From positions 1 to 55,797 of IMG/VR virus record IMGVR_UViG_3300018410_000011: DNA of 55,797 nt; one strand, given 5' to 3'. Below are positions 9,718-19,165 of this stretch, piece by piece (positions within the stretch are counted from its first letter, which is position 1; every line of letters begins with the position of its first letter). The DNA is from a virus. Its lineage: Duplodnaviria > Caudoviricetes. The notes under the pieces are model-generated. The model was not told the origin of the DNA. It worked only from the letters and a program-made list of their open reading frames with translations, and searched no databases. The position numbers were made by a program, and so were the translations under genes.

Positions 9718-9993
9718 TTAATATCTACCTGATGATTTTAAACCTTTCCAACCATCTTTTACTGATTTAAATACATCATTTAATTTCTTTTCATTATTTT
9801 TAAGTGCTTCGAATGATGTGATAGTAAGTAATTCATTTACTTGAACTTCTAAACCATCATCAAAATATGAAGATGGTAATTCACCTTCTCTACTTAATAC
9901 TAATCTTAATTTACTAAAATAAAATCTTACAAAAGATTTAAATTTTTTAATTAATTTTTGATTTTCTGGAGTTTTATAATTTAAATTTGACAT
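9718..9993 (-). CDS. hypothetical protein
   Basis: 91-aa ORF; TATATTTG upstream (10036..10043, minus strand). Confidence 0.65.
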   Translation of the reverse strand: MSNLNYKTPENQKLIKKFKSFVRFYFSKLRLVLSREGELPSSYFDDGLEVQVNELLTITSFEALKNNEKKLNDVFKSVKDGWKGLKSSGRY

Positions 9994-10107
9994 ATCTTTT
10001 AAGTTTTAAATTTTGTTATTATTAATTGAACAATACAAATATAACAATAATATATGAATCGAGGTACTTTTTATTAAATATATTATGTTATTTAATATAT
10101 AATTTAT

Positions 10108-10645
10108 ATGATAACAACAATTAATGAATACAAATTAATTAATGAAAAATTTGTAAATTTATGGAATAAAGAAGATATGAAGTTATATATTGATGAAGTA
10201 TTTTCTTTAATGATTAAAGCATACGAATCTATTGGTGGTTTTTTAACAGCAAAATCGGCTGATGAATTATGTGAAAAAACTGATTTAATTAAAATAATAA
10301 AAAGAAATGGAAAGATTAGTGCTGTTTCTTGTTATAAAGTATCTTCTTTCGGAAGAAAAATTAATATGTGGTGCGACTAATGCTACAGAACAAGGTAAAA
10401 AAGATTTGTTATCTATTATAAAAGAAGATATAACTCAAATAAAAAGAAATTCTTATTCTGAAGTTAGTGGTAAATTAGAACACATATATTTAAAATATGG
10501 TGCGACTGTTGTACAAAATTATTTGGTATCTGATATAATAGGAAAAGATATAATTATTGATAAAACAGATGATTTTCATTATTATAGAGAAATTAAAGGA
10601 CAATTACATAGAAAATTATTAGTAGGAAATATTAATAAGTCATAA
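10108..10645 (+). CDS. MITTINEYK-leader protein, interrupted by a +1 frameshift near 10356-10360
   Basis: Removing one A from GGAAGAAAAATTA joins FGRK to LICGATN, giving one protein of about 178 aa. Confidence 0.65.
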
Positions 10646-10670
10646 ATAATTGTTATATTTGCTATATGAA
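10612..10670 (+). repeat. 59-bp perfect direct repeat, copy 1
   Basis: AAAATTATTAGTAGGAAAT...TTATATTTGCTATATGAA is identical to 10970..11028. Confidence 0.9.
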
Positions 10671-10752
10671 AATAATATTTAGTTATACAATTAATTTTTA
10701 TGTGAAAATTATTTAATATATAATAAAAAATAATAAAATCACTAAATAATTT

Positions 10753-10971
10753 ATGATAACAACTATTAATGAATTTAAACAATTTATGAATGAAAATAAA
10801 ATAACATTACAACAAGATAGCGCTGATAAAATAAAAATAACGTTAGATGAAAATATTATTTTAACACATGCAAAAAAAATGTTTAAAAAAATAAAAACAA
10901 TGAAAGATGTTTATGGTTTAGGTTCTATTGATTATAATAAATTAATTAAACATTTATCAAAAATTAATTAA
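10753..10971 (+). CDS. small MITTINEFK-leader protein
   Basis: MITTINEFKQFMNEN; TAATATATA at 10714. Confidence 0.75.
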   Translation: MITTINEFKQFMNENKITLQQDSADKIKITLDENIILTHAKKMFKKIKTMKDVYGLGSIDYNKLIKHLSKIN

Positions 10972-11028
10972 AATTATTAGTAGGAAATATTAATAAGTCA
11001 TAAATAATTGTTATATTTGCTATATGAA
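10970..11028 (+). repeat. 59-bp perfect direct repeat, copy 2
   Basis: Identical to 10612..10670. Confidence 0.9.
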
Positions 11029-11626
11029 CATTTTATATTTACACGGATTTCAATCATCATCAAGTAGTAATACAATTAATTACTTGAAAAATAATATTAG
11101 TAATGATCACGTCGTGTTCAGTATTGATTTACCACATCAACCAGAATTAGCAATTAATCTTATAAGTGATACTATAAAAAAATTAAAAATAGATATTATT
11201 ATTGGTACTAGTTTAGGAGGTTTATATGCTTATAATTTTGAAATGCCTAGAATATGTATTAATCCAGCTTTTCAATTTGATATGAAGCCAGGAATTTATA
11301 AATATTTGAATCCTAGAATTAATAATGAAACACATTTTTCAATTGATTATAATGATGTTTTATATTTAAAAAAACTTAAAGAATCATATAAAAATAGATT
11401 ACCGATTGATGAATTACATTATACATCATATATTTTAATTGGTAATAATGATGATGTAGTTAATTTTGATAAATTATCAACATATACAAATATTTATGAT
11501 GAAATTATTTATGATGATTTTGAACATAGATTAACTACTGAAATTATTGATAAACATATTTTTAATTTAATTGATAAATTAGATAAAGTTATCGAAACAA
11601 TAAAAAATTATGGTATTTCTGATTAA
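11024..11626 (+). CDS. YqiA/UPF0227-like alpha/beta esterase
   Basis: LYLHGFQSS, GTSLGG, INPA, DDVV, EHR. Confidence 0.85.
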   Translation: MNILYLHGFQSSSSSNTINYLKNNISNDHVVFSIDLPHQPELAINLISDTIKKLKIDIIIGTSLGGLYAYNFEMPRICINPAFQFDMKPGIYKYLNPRINNETHFSIDYNDVLYLKKLKESYKNRLPIDELHYTSYILIGNNDDVVNFDKLSTYTNIYDEIIYDDFEHRLTTEIIDKHIFNLIDKLDKVIETIKNYGISD

Positions 11627-11634
11627 AATATATA

Positions 11635-11766
11635 GATGTATCTAATGTTACTTATATGTCTTATTTATTTAATAATTCGAAATTTGATGGTGACATAATC
11701 AAAAGTTATGAAGAAAGAAAAATTAAATATCCAAATAATTGTATAAATTTTATAAATGAAAATTAA
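11635..11766 (+). pseudogene. chimeric gene remnant (one DUF285/BspA-like repeat plus a copy of the MTase tail)
   Basis: Reads DVSNVTYMSYLFNNSKFDGDI then SYEERKIKYPNN; 11707..11732 matches 9630..9655 at 25/26 nt. Confidence 0.45.
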
Positions 11767-11794
11767 TTTATATTATAACTAAAAAATTATATTA

Positions 11795-12802
11795 ATGGCA
11801 GAAGTTAGAAAAAGATTGTTTTATAGTAAAAATTCAAAAGTAATAACTATATATTCAGATAATACAAAAAAAGAAAGATATGTTAATTTACATGATTTAT
11901 GTTTAAGCGATTGTACAGTACTTGTAACAAATAATTTAGAATTTAATCAAGTAAAAAATAATTTAACAAGTCTTGGTTATTATTCTTATGATTTATTTAT
12001 GTATGATAGTAAACGTGGATATATATCTATATCATACGGTGTAAAGATAGATTGGGAATATTATCATGTACGTAATCCATTTAATAAACCAACGTATTGT
12101 TATAGTATAAATTTCTCAAGTTATTTAAATGGATTATGTATATTACTTTCTTTATCAGATTATTTGGAATTAATAGAAATAAAACTAGAAGAAAAAGCAA
12201 AAAGAAAACAATTTAAACAAAAACAAGAAAAATTTAATTCATTATCTTTTGAAGAAAAATTAAAATATTTTAGCCATTTAGATATAACGCATATTAATAA
12301 AACAATTATAGAAAATTTACATTTATTAATATTTACAAAAAGTGATGAATTTGAAGAAACAATAAACAGTAAATATTATTTTAATAAATTACAAAATGAT
12401 ACTAGACAAGTATTACATAAATTAGTTCCATTAAAAAATGATGATATTATTGAAATAGATGCTATTGATAATGAATTAGAATTATATCTTGATATAACAA
12501 AATATTTTTTTATTATTGCACCAAAATTTTATAACATAACACGTCCATTAAGTTGTAATTTAACATTTAATGAAACACTTAAAATGATAGATGTATGTCC
12601 ACAATTGTTGGATTCACCTAAAGAAACTTCTATATTATTAGTTATTAAATCACAATTTGATAGTGTAATTAATAATATTAAAAAATTAGGAATAGATATT
12701 ACAATACGTGAATTAATGAAATATCTTAAAAATGAAGATAATATAAATTATAAAAATACTTATAAAGCATATAATTTATTAATTTCTAATAATCATATAT
12801 AG
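11795..12802 (+). CDS. hypothetical protein
   Basis: 335-aa ORF. Confidence 0.65.
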   Translation: MAEVRKRLFYSKNSKVITIYSDNTKKERYVNLHDLCLSDCTVLVTNNLEFNQVKNNLTSLGYYSYDLFMYDSKRGYISISYGVKIDWEYYHVRNPFNKPTYCYSINFSSYLNGLCILLSLSDYLELIEIKLEEKAKRKQFKQKQEKFNSLSFEEKLKYFSHLDITHINKTIIENLHLLIFTKSDEFEETINSKYYFNKLQNDTRQVLHKLVPLKNDDIIEIDAIDNELELYLDITKYFFIIAPKFYNITRPLSCNLTFNETLKMIDVCPQLLDSPKETSILLVIKSQFDSVINNIKKLGIDITIRELMKYLKNEDNINYKNTYKAYNLLISNNHI

Positions 12803-12853
12803 AATAGAAAATGAAAAGTTATGCAGTAGGAACAAATATTGATGTGAATATTA

Positions 12854-13099
12854 TTAATGATTTTCTATTTTTTGTAATTCTGTATAATAATTAGGCATTT
12901 CAGTTAAATGATCTAATGCAATTTCTTTAGCTAAATTTTTATCACTAGTGTGTTCTAATTCAACATTAATTCCTTTTTTAAGTTCATGTTGTATATTTGA
13001 AATAGTTGTATTGTGTTTACTGGCAATATCTTCTATAGATAAATTATCACCAATTCCACCTTTTAAATAATTTTTAAATTCGTTTATTGTTGTTATCAT
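12854..13099 (-). CDS. MITTINEFK-leader protein, DUF5661-like
   Basis: KGGIGD...ELKKGINVELEHT...AKEIALDHL.E.PNYYT.L. Confidence 0.75.
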   Translation of the reverse strand: MITTINEFKNYLKGGIGDNLSIEDIASKHNTTISNIQHELKKGINVELEHTSDKNLAKEIALDHLTEMPNYYTELQKIENH

Positions 13100-13188
13100 A
13101 TTATATTTATGTGATTAATAATTTTATATATTAAAAAATATAATTATATTTGTAAATAATTAAAAAGTACTAATTAAATATAATAAAT

Positions 13189-14043
13189 ATGGAAGTAATA
13201 CACGCACAAATATTTGATGTTAAAAATGCGTTATTTAAACAGAAAGCATCAGTAAAAAGTAAATTAACAACAGTTTCATGTAATAATAAAGATAATTGTT
13301 CTTTATATAAAAAAGGTCAATGTTCTTTAGTTGGAATGTTTCAAGATAAATGTGTATACGGTAAAAAAGTATCTATAGACGGATTTACTAGAAAAGCATC
13401 TAAATATAATTCATGGATAAATGATAATAAAGAACAATATAAAGATGTTTTTAATAAATTAAAGTCAGCAACAAAAAAAATGGCTATTGTTGGTGATTAT
13501 ATTTATTTACCATATTCACATTTAAATATGAATAAGAAATTACCATTTAATAATTTTGGTGGATTTATGAATGATGGTGATAAATATATGTTATTAAAAG
13601 ATTTTACTGATGAGGTAATTTTTTCAATTATTACATTTTCACCACAAGCATTAATGGGTGGAACAATTAAATCATATGCAAAAGAAGTAGTTCCTGATTT
13701 CATTACACATATAATAGAAGTGTTTCCTGATAAAGTTAAATCTTTCTTAATGAAATATCCAAATATGGAATTTATGTTTGTTATTAGATCTCCTATTGGT
13801 CGAAAAGCATTATTAGAATCATTAAAACCCGGAACAGTTATTACAAAATATCATGATTCTGATAAATTAAATACACAACATTGGACATGGGATGGTGAAT
13901 ATATTACATCTACAGATTGTGGATATTCTTTTTCTGTTGTTGAATTTGATACAGTAGAGGTAAAATTAAAACCTAAAGAAAATACAGCGGTTGTTATTAC
14001 TGATAAAAATCAAACAGATCAAGATACAATTTATATAGATTAA
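13189..14043 (+). CDS. conserved phage hypothetical protein
   Basis: 284-aa ORF with Cys cluster (CNNKDNCSLYKKGQC); TATATTTG upstream. Confidence 0.7.
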   Translation: MEVIHAQIFDVKNALFKQKASVKSKLTTVSCNNKDNCSLYKKGQCSLVGMFQDKCVYGKKVSIDGFTRKASKYNSWINDNKEQYKDVFNKLKSATKKMAIVGDYIYLPYSHLNMNKKLPFNNFGGFMNDGDKYMLLKDFTDEVIFSIITFSPQALMGGTIKSYAKEVVPDFITHIIEVFPDKVKSFLMKYPNMEFMFVIRSPIGRKALLESLKPGTVITKYHDSDKLNTQHWTWDGEYITSTDCGYSFSVVEFDTVEVKLKPKENTAVVITDKNQTDQDTIYID

Positions 14044-14045
14044 AT

Positions 14046-14435
14046 ATGTATAAATATAAACCAATTGTAGAAATAACAGATATAGCTAAAAAAATTATAT
14101 TAAAAAATAAAAAACAAAAAAAATATAGTTATAAAAAATGGTATAATATTGCATTTGATGAAAGTCTTAAATATGATGGTGATTATGTTAAAGCAAAAAA
14201 AAATGCTCTTTATGCTAGAGAAATGCATAAACTTTTATATAATGATTTTAAAACAGAATTTAAAAACAGAAAAAAATATAAAACATTTATAAATTATTCT
14301 GATATGGGCGAATATTATTGCTATATTGAATTTGATACTAAAAAAGATAGTAATACTAATTATCATAATAGTTATGATTTTGATTCAGATTTAAATAATA
14401 ATGGTACGTATTGGCATACTAGTGCTGATCTATAA
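14046..14435 (+). CDS. hypothetical protein
   Basis: 129-aa ORF. Confidence 0.6.
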   Translation: MYKYKPIVEITDIAKKIILKNKKQKKYSYKKWYNIAFDESLKYDGDYVKAKKNALYAREMHKLLYNDFKTEFKNRKKYKTFINYSDMGEYYCYIEFDTKKDSNTNYHNSYDFDSDLNNNGTYWHTSADL

Positions 14436-14491
14436 TTTTTTATTTAATATAGTAAAATAAATAATGAAAAAATATTAATACCTGTAACACA

Positions 14492-15007
14492 ATGGGATTA
14501 GTAAAAAAATATAAAGAATTAATGTTAAAAAAAAAAAATATGGAAGTAATAAATAGTTATCAAAAAGAAAAATTAATTAAAGGAAAAAAATACTGGACGT
14601 TTTACACATTTACATCGAATAGTGGTAATAGCTTTTCTGAATATGTAAAAGTATTTCAAACTGAAGTATTAAGTAAAGGTCCTAGATTTATATTTGATGT
14701 TGAGAATGCACAAACAACAGAAAGATTTAAATCAAAATTAAATACATATATGAATGGATATGGTTTAGCAACTTGTAATTTTTATGAAACTGAAGAAGAT
14801 GCTAAATTAGCGCATGATATGTATATCATATCATTTAGTAAATCTTTAAAAGGTAGTCATAAAGAAAAAATATTAAAAAAATTATATGATAACTCTTTAA
14901 TTATTATTGAACCTATAGAAAAAGATTCTATAAATTGGTATAACTCTTTATCTGATAAAGAAAAGACATATTTAAAATGGATTAAAGATTATTATACAAA
15001 AATTTAA
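14492..15007 (+). CDS. hypothetical protein (start may be 14540)
   Basis: ORF followed by a terminator. Confidence 0.6.
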   Translation: MGLVKKYKELMLKKKNMEVINSYQKEKLIKGKKYWTFYTFTSNSGNSFSEYVKVFQTEVLSKGPRFIFDVENAQTTERFKSKLNTYMNGYGLATCNFYETEEDAKLAHDMYIISFSKSLKGSHKEKILKKLYDNSLIIIEPIEKDSINWYNSLSDKEKTYLKWIKDYYTKI

Positions 15008-15009
15008 AT

Positions 15010-15045
15010 AAAAAAAAACATATGATTATAATCATATGTTTTTTT
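15010..15045. terminator. bidirectional intrinsic terminator
   Basis: A-tract CATATGATT-at-AATCATATG T-tract between convergent genes. Confidence 0.75.
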
Positions 15046-15063
15046 ATTTTTTAATTAAAATTA

Positions 15064-15840
15064 TTAATCTTGTCTTAATACATAACCTTCTTCGGAACAA
15101 AAATCTACCATTTTATTTAGTCCTGTTGAACCATAAGGTCCACCTGGATTAAAATTATAGAAAGATACAGTATTTGGTTGAAAAATTACATTAATAGATT
15201 CTTTTTCGTAATATATATATGATTCTAATTTAGTTTCTTTAATATCGTTATATGAATTTTCTTGGAATAAAAATAGTGCCCATCCTGGTTGTTCATTTTC
15301 ATTAGCCATAACATCAAATCCCATTCTAAAATATCCACGTTCGTGATTATTTAAATCTTTATTTTTAATTTCAGATGATAATATATTAATAGAATTTTGT
15401 ACATCATTATCATCAACCGTACTAAAATTTTCGTTATCTTCTTCAGGTGACCCAGAATCTCTATATATTTCACCAGGAATATATGCTAAAAAACACTCTT
15501 GACTATCATAACCTTTTTCTTCAATCCATCTACTGAATTGTTCGGCATTGTTGTAAATTTTATTTATAGAATCACCACCAGATGTTAATCTATCCATCCC
15601 TAAAGATTTAATCCAATTAGGTATTAATTCTCTATGGAATTTTGTATATGTATTATTTAGATTACCAGGACCTACATGCAATGATGTGAATATAGTACCA
15701 CTTTCAACTAAAGAAACTAATATATCTAAATCTTTTAAATCTGTTAAATTATTTAACACACCTTTTAAAATTTCATATGTTGAATCATTTTCTATATTTT
15801 CTCTAATATATTTTTTAAACTCGTTAATATTTGTTATCAT
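15064..15840 (-). CDS. MITNINEFK-leader protein
   Basis: MITNINEFKKYIREN; TAATATATA at 15860..15868 (minus strand). Confidence 0.75.
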   Translation of the reverse strand: MITNINEFKKYIRENIENDSTYEILKGVLNNLTDLKDLDILVSLVESGTIFTSLHVGPGNLNNTYTKFHRELIPNWIKSLGMDRLTSGGDSINKIYNNAEQFSRWIEEKGYDSQECFLAYIPGEIYRDSGSPEEDNENFSTVDDNDVQNSINILSSEIKNKDLNNHERGYFRMGFDVMANENEQPGWALFLFQENSYNDIKETKLESYIYYEKESINVIFQPNTVSFYNFNPGGPYGSTGLNKMVDFCSEEGYVLRQD

Positions 15841-15892
15841 TTTTTTTCTTTTTTTTTATTATATATTAAAAAAAAAAGATTATATTTACAGC

Positions 15893-16564
15893 ATGGAAAC
15901 ATTTAATACACCTAAAGACGATACATTACGAGGTACTGGTTACGGAAAATTAGATTATACTAATTCAAGTAAATTACATAGTACTGCTAAACGTGTACAA
16001 TCTACATTTAATGATGACCAACAAACTAGTAAACAAAAAACTAAATCCGTTTTTTGTTCTAAATGTAAAAATCATTTTAAAATTCATGATTCTAAAACTG
16101 ATTTACCAACACATACTAAAGAGGTTACTAAATATGATAATCATAAAACAAAACCATATGTTGTAATTACAACATATGTAAATGAACCATGCGTTGGTGG
16201 TGAAATTGTAAATTTAGGAAATAAAAATTTAGAAACTACTATTATTAAATCATATAAAAAAATTACACCAACTTTAGGTTTAATTTCATTTGATTTAGAA
16301 ATTAAACCTAAAGATAATTTACTTGTTTCTTATATAGTAAAAAATAAAAAACATACTAAATATAATCGACCAGTAGATAAAGAAGAAATATTTTTAATTG
16401 AATTAACTGTTAAATCTATTGTTAAATCAATTAAACGTGGATATAGAATGAGTAATAGCAGAACATTTAAGTGTTATTCTACATTTGTAGAAAACATTGA
16501 AGTATATTTTACTGATGGATCTAAATTGAGTGATTATTCTACACGTGAAATTATTGTTATATAA
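15893..16564 (+). CDS. hypothetical protein with CxxC..H..C motif
   Basis: Likely start is METF at 15893; the longer track ORF overlaps the opposite-strand gene. Confidence 0.65.
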   Translation: METFNTPKDDTLRGTGYGKLDYTNSSKLHSTAKRVQSTFNDDQQTSKQKTKSVFCSKCKNHFKIHDSKTDLPTHTKEVTKYDNHKTKPYVVITTYVNEPCVGGEIVNLGNKNLETTIIKSYKKITPTLGLISFDLEIKPKDNLLVSYIVKNKKHTKYNRPVDKEEIFLIELTVKSIVKSIKRGYRMSNSRTFKCYSTFVENIEVYFTDGSKLSDYSTREIIVI

Positions 16565-16579
16565 TTTAATATATATTAT

Positions 16580-16888
16580 ATGACAAGATTTATAGTTACC
16601 ACACGAATTTCTGTATTAGAAATTTATGATTTTTTAAAAGAACACATTGAATTACCATTTTCTTATAAAGAATTGGAAGAACATATTCCATCTAATGTTT
16701 TACAAATAATTGCTGAACTTATGGTTGAATATAGTTATAGCCAAGATATATTATTTAAAAACGTTCAAGATGTTTTAGACGTTCATGAAATTAAATTACC
16801 TACAACAAATGAGGAAGTTCAAGAAGATGAAATCTATGAAAGTAAATTATATACAAATATAAATAGTTTTAAAAATTCATTAAAATAA
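16580..16888 (+). CDS. hypothetical late protein with a leader-like motif at its C-terminus
   Basis: TAATATATA at 16567; ends IYESKLYTNINSFKNSLK. Confidence 0.6.
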   Translation: MTRFIVTTRISVLEIYDFLKEHIELPFSYKELEEHIPSNVLQIIAELMVEYSYSQDILFKNVQDVLDVHEIKLPTTNEEVQEDEIYESKLYTNINSFKNSLK

Positions 16889-16912
16889 TTTTTTTAATTC
16901 ATAATAATCGAT

Positions 16913-16940
16913 TAAACTTTTAAATAATTTATTCATATAA
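16913..16940 (+). promoter_or_regulatory. TAAAC-N18-TATAA putative phage (middle) promoter
   Basis: Same spacing at 22958, 24076, 39544, 52105 (+) and 39557, 47206 (-). Confidence 0.55.
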
Positions 16941-16945
16941 AATGT

Positions 16946-17389
16946 ATGAATAAATTATTTAAAACAATTTTAGGTTTATTTAAAAAATCTAAACCGATAA
17001 AAAAATCATATAAAAAAATTATATTAAAAGATCAAATCCTTTATAATGTTGATGTAGAAAAAATTAATGTAAATTCACTTGAAAATTGTATTGATGATTT
17101 TAATAAAAAATTAGAAACTATTGGTGTTATGTATGGTGAATTAGATCATACATCAAAATTAGATATTACATTACATAATGTATCTCATAGTATTGAAAAA
17201 ATTAAATTAGATAATAATAACAATATAATAGCAAATGTAAAAACATTATCTACACCAAGTGGTAAAATATTACAAAATTTAATTAATGATGGGTTTAAAA
17301 TTAATTTTAAACCTAGTATGATTGGAATAAAAGATAAAAATAATATTTTTGAGGTAAAAGAAATACTTACATTTGATGTATGTATATAA
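16946..17389 (+). CDS. T4 gp21-like prohead core protease homologue
   Basis: YGELDH, LHNVSHSI, LSTPSGKIL, LTFD; the SSRG motif region has diverged to KPSMIG. Confidence 0.7.
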   Translation: MNKLFKTILGLFKKSKPIKKSYKKIILKDQILYNVDVEKINVNSLENCIDDFNKKLETIGVMYGELDHTSKLDITLHNVSHSIEKIKLDNNNNIIANVKTLSTPSGKILQNLINDGFKINFKPSMIGIKDKNNIFEVKEILTFDVCI

Positions 17390-17406
17390 AAAGAATTTAA
17401 TTATGA

Positions 17407-18120
17407 ATGTTAGAAAACCTTATAGGAATTGATCCATCTATTATATCTACAGGATTAGTAGTTAATGGTATAGTATTTAATTATTGTCGTGAAAAAGATG
17501 CTAAAAATACAAAATTAACAAAATTATCTAAATGGTATTTATTATGTGAAAGCGTTATAAATTATAGATATATTAAATTGGATTATGTTGAAGGATATTC
17601 AAAAAATGAAATTCAAAAAATGTTTTTATATGACGCTATCACGGATATGATGATTGATGATATTATAAAAACAATAGATAATACCTTACCTACTAGAGTA
17701 GCAATAGAAGGATATTCATATTCATCAGGCGCAGGTGATATTATTGATTTAGTAACATTTTCAACTTTATTACGTAGAAAATTATTAACTATTACTACAG
17801 ATATTACTATTTTAGCACCTATGACTTTAAAATTGGAATCATGTAAATTAACATATACTCCAATAGAAAAGAAAATAGGCGGAAAGAATCCACGTACAGA
17901 ATATATTTATAAAAGTAAATTAGGCATTCCTGGTGGATCATTTAATAAATTAGATATATTCCTATCACTTATTGAAAATGATTCATTAAATGATACATAT
18001 GTTAATTTTTTAAAAGAACATAAAATGTCAATAGCATTTACAAAAAATATTAAAAAACCATTAGAAGATACTAATGATGCATACACATTATATTTATTAT
18101 TAAAAAACAATAAAATATGA
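17407..18120 (+). CDS. RuvC-like (RNase H fold) resolvase/nuclease
   Basis: IGIDPS, VAIEGYSY, EDTNDAY acidic motifs. Confidence 0.75.
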   Translation: MLENLIGIDPSIISTGLVVNGIVFNYCREKDAKNTKLTKLSKWYLLCESVINYRYIKLDYVEGYSKNEIQKMFLYDAITDMMIDDIIKTIDNTLPTRVAIEGYSYSSGAGDIIDLVTFSTLLRRKLLTITTDITILAPMTLKLESCKLTYTPIEKKIGGKNPRTEYIYKSKLGIPGGSFNKLDIFLSLIENDSLNDTYVNFLKEHKMSIAFTKNIKKPLEDTNDAYTLYLLLKNNKI

Positions 18121-18488
18121 AACATGCTAATATTATAAATATTCCAAAAAATCCAAAAAAACTTTTAGATTATGCAATGTCTAAATCTTTTGATTATTGG
18201 ATTGATGAGAAAAGTTCTATAGATAATCCATCAGTACATTATAGAGCAAATAGTAATTTAACATTTGATGAGGCATTTAATATAATATTTAATAATAAAC
18301 CACATTGGACAATTATTTTTAGAAATATGTCATATATTAATATCAGTGAAGAAGATTATTGGGAATTTGGTGGATGTAATATTGGTGCTAATTCTTATGG
18401 TGAAGTTTTTATTTGGATTAAAGTCAAAGTAAATATTGCCTATGAAATATTTGAAAAATTTAATCTACAAATTAAATATATAAATTAA
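18117..18488 (+). CDS. hypothetical protein
   Basis: 123-aa ORF with ATGA overlap. Confidence 0.65.
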   Translation: MKHANIINIPKNPKKLLDYAMSKSFDYWIDEKSSIDNPSVHYRANSNLTFDEAFNIIFNNKPHWTIIFRNMSYINISEEDYWEFGGCNIGANSYGEVFIWIKVKVNIAYEIFEKFNLQIKYIN

Positions 18489-18554
18489 ATATAATAAATA
18501 TAATTATATCTTTTAATAGACGAAATAAATAATCAATAATATTTTTAATAAATT

Positions 18555-18587
18555 AAAAAAACCTAGAATTAATTCTAGGTTTTTTTT
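18555..18587 (+). terminator. intrinsic terminator
   Basis: CCTAGAA-ttaa-TTCTAGG followed by a T-tract. Confidence 0.8.
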
Positions 18588-18598
18588 ATATATATTAT

Positions 18599-19165
18599 AT
18601 GATAACTGAATTTAAAATATTTGAGAATAACAGAGCAGATTTATATCATGCAATAAAAACAAAATACGCTAATATAGCATTAGAAAAAAACGAATTAGAT
18701 ATTTATTCTTATCAACGATATTGGGCTAATGGAAAAAGATATAAAGATAATGAACCAGAATATAAAAATTCATTTTTTTATCGTGGTTTATCATTAACTA
18801 GAGATATAAATTATGCAAAAAATTGGGCTAGTGTTATTTTAGTTTTTGATACAAATAAATTAAAAGAAAAATATAAAATTGTTCCTTATAACTGGGGCTT
18901 TAGTATAGGTAATATAACTAATCAAAATATAAAAAAAGAAAAAGAAGAATTTTTAATTGTATCATATAATAAAAATCATTTAACAGATAAAGAATTTATT
19001 AATATGTATGGTAAATCTGGTGGATCTATAAAAAATCTTTCTTATTATTTAAAAGGTTTTTATATAAATAAATCAACATATAATATTTATACTGAAAATG
19101 ATACAAAAATATATGAACCATATGAAAAATTAAAAAAAAATAAATTATATTTAGGACTACTATGA
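18599..19165 (+). CDS. MITEFK-leader protein, putative ADP-ribosyltransferase-like fold
   Basis: MITEFKIFEN; LYHA...GLSLTRD...ILVFD...EKEEF. Confidence 0.55.
   Translation: MITEFKIFENNRADLYHAIKTKYANIALEKNELDIYSYQRYWANGKRYKDNEPEYKNSFFYRGLSLTRDINYAKNWASVILVFDTNKLKEKYKIVPYNWGFSIGNITNQNIKKEKEEFLIVSYNKNHLTDKEFINMYGKSGGSIKNLSYYLKGFYINKSTYNIYTENDTKIYEPYEKLKKNKLYLGLL

Noticed and set aside
15686-15892. N-terminal extension of the 15686..16564 ORF (similarly 48036, 38873, 34773, 32434)
   Set aside because: The extensions overlap neighbouring genes or promoter motifs; downstream ATGs fit the paralogue and leader pattern better.
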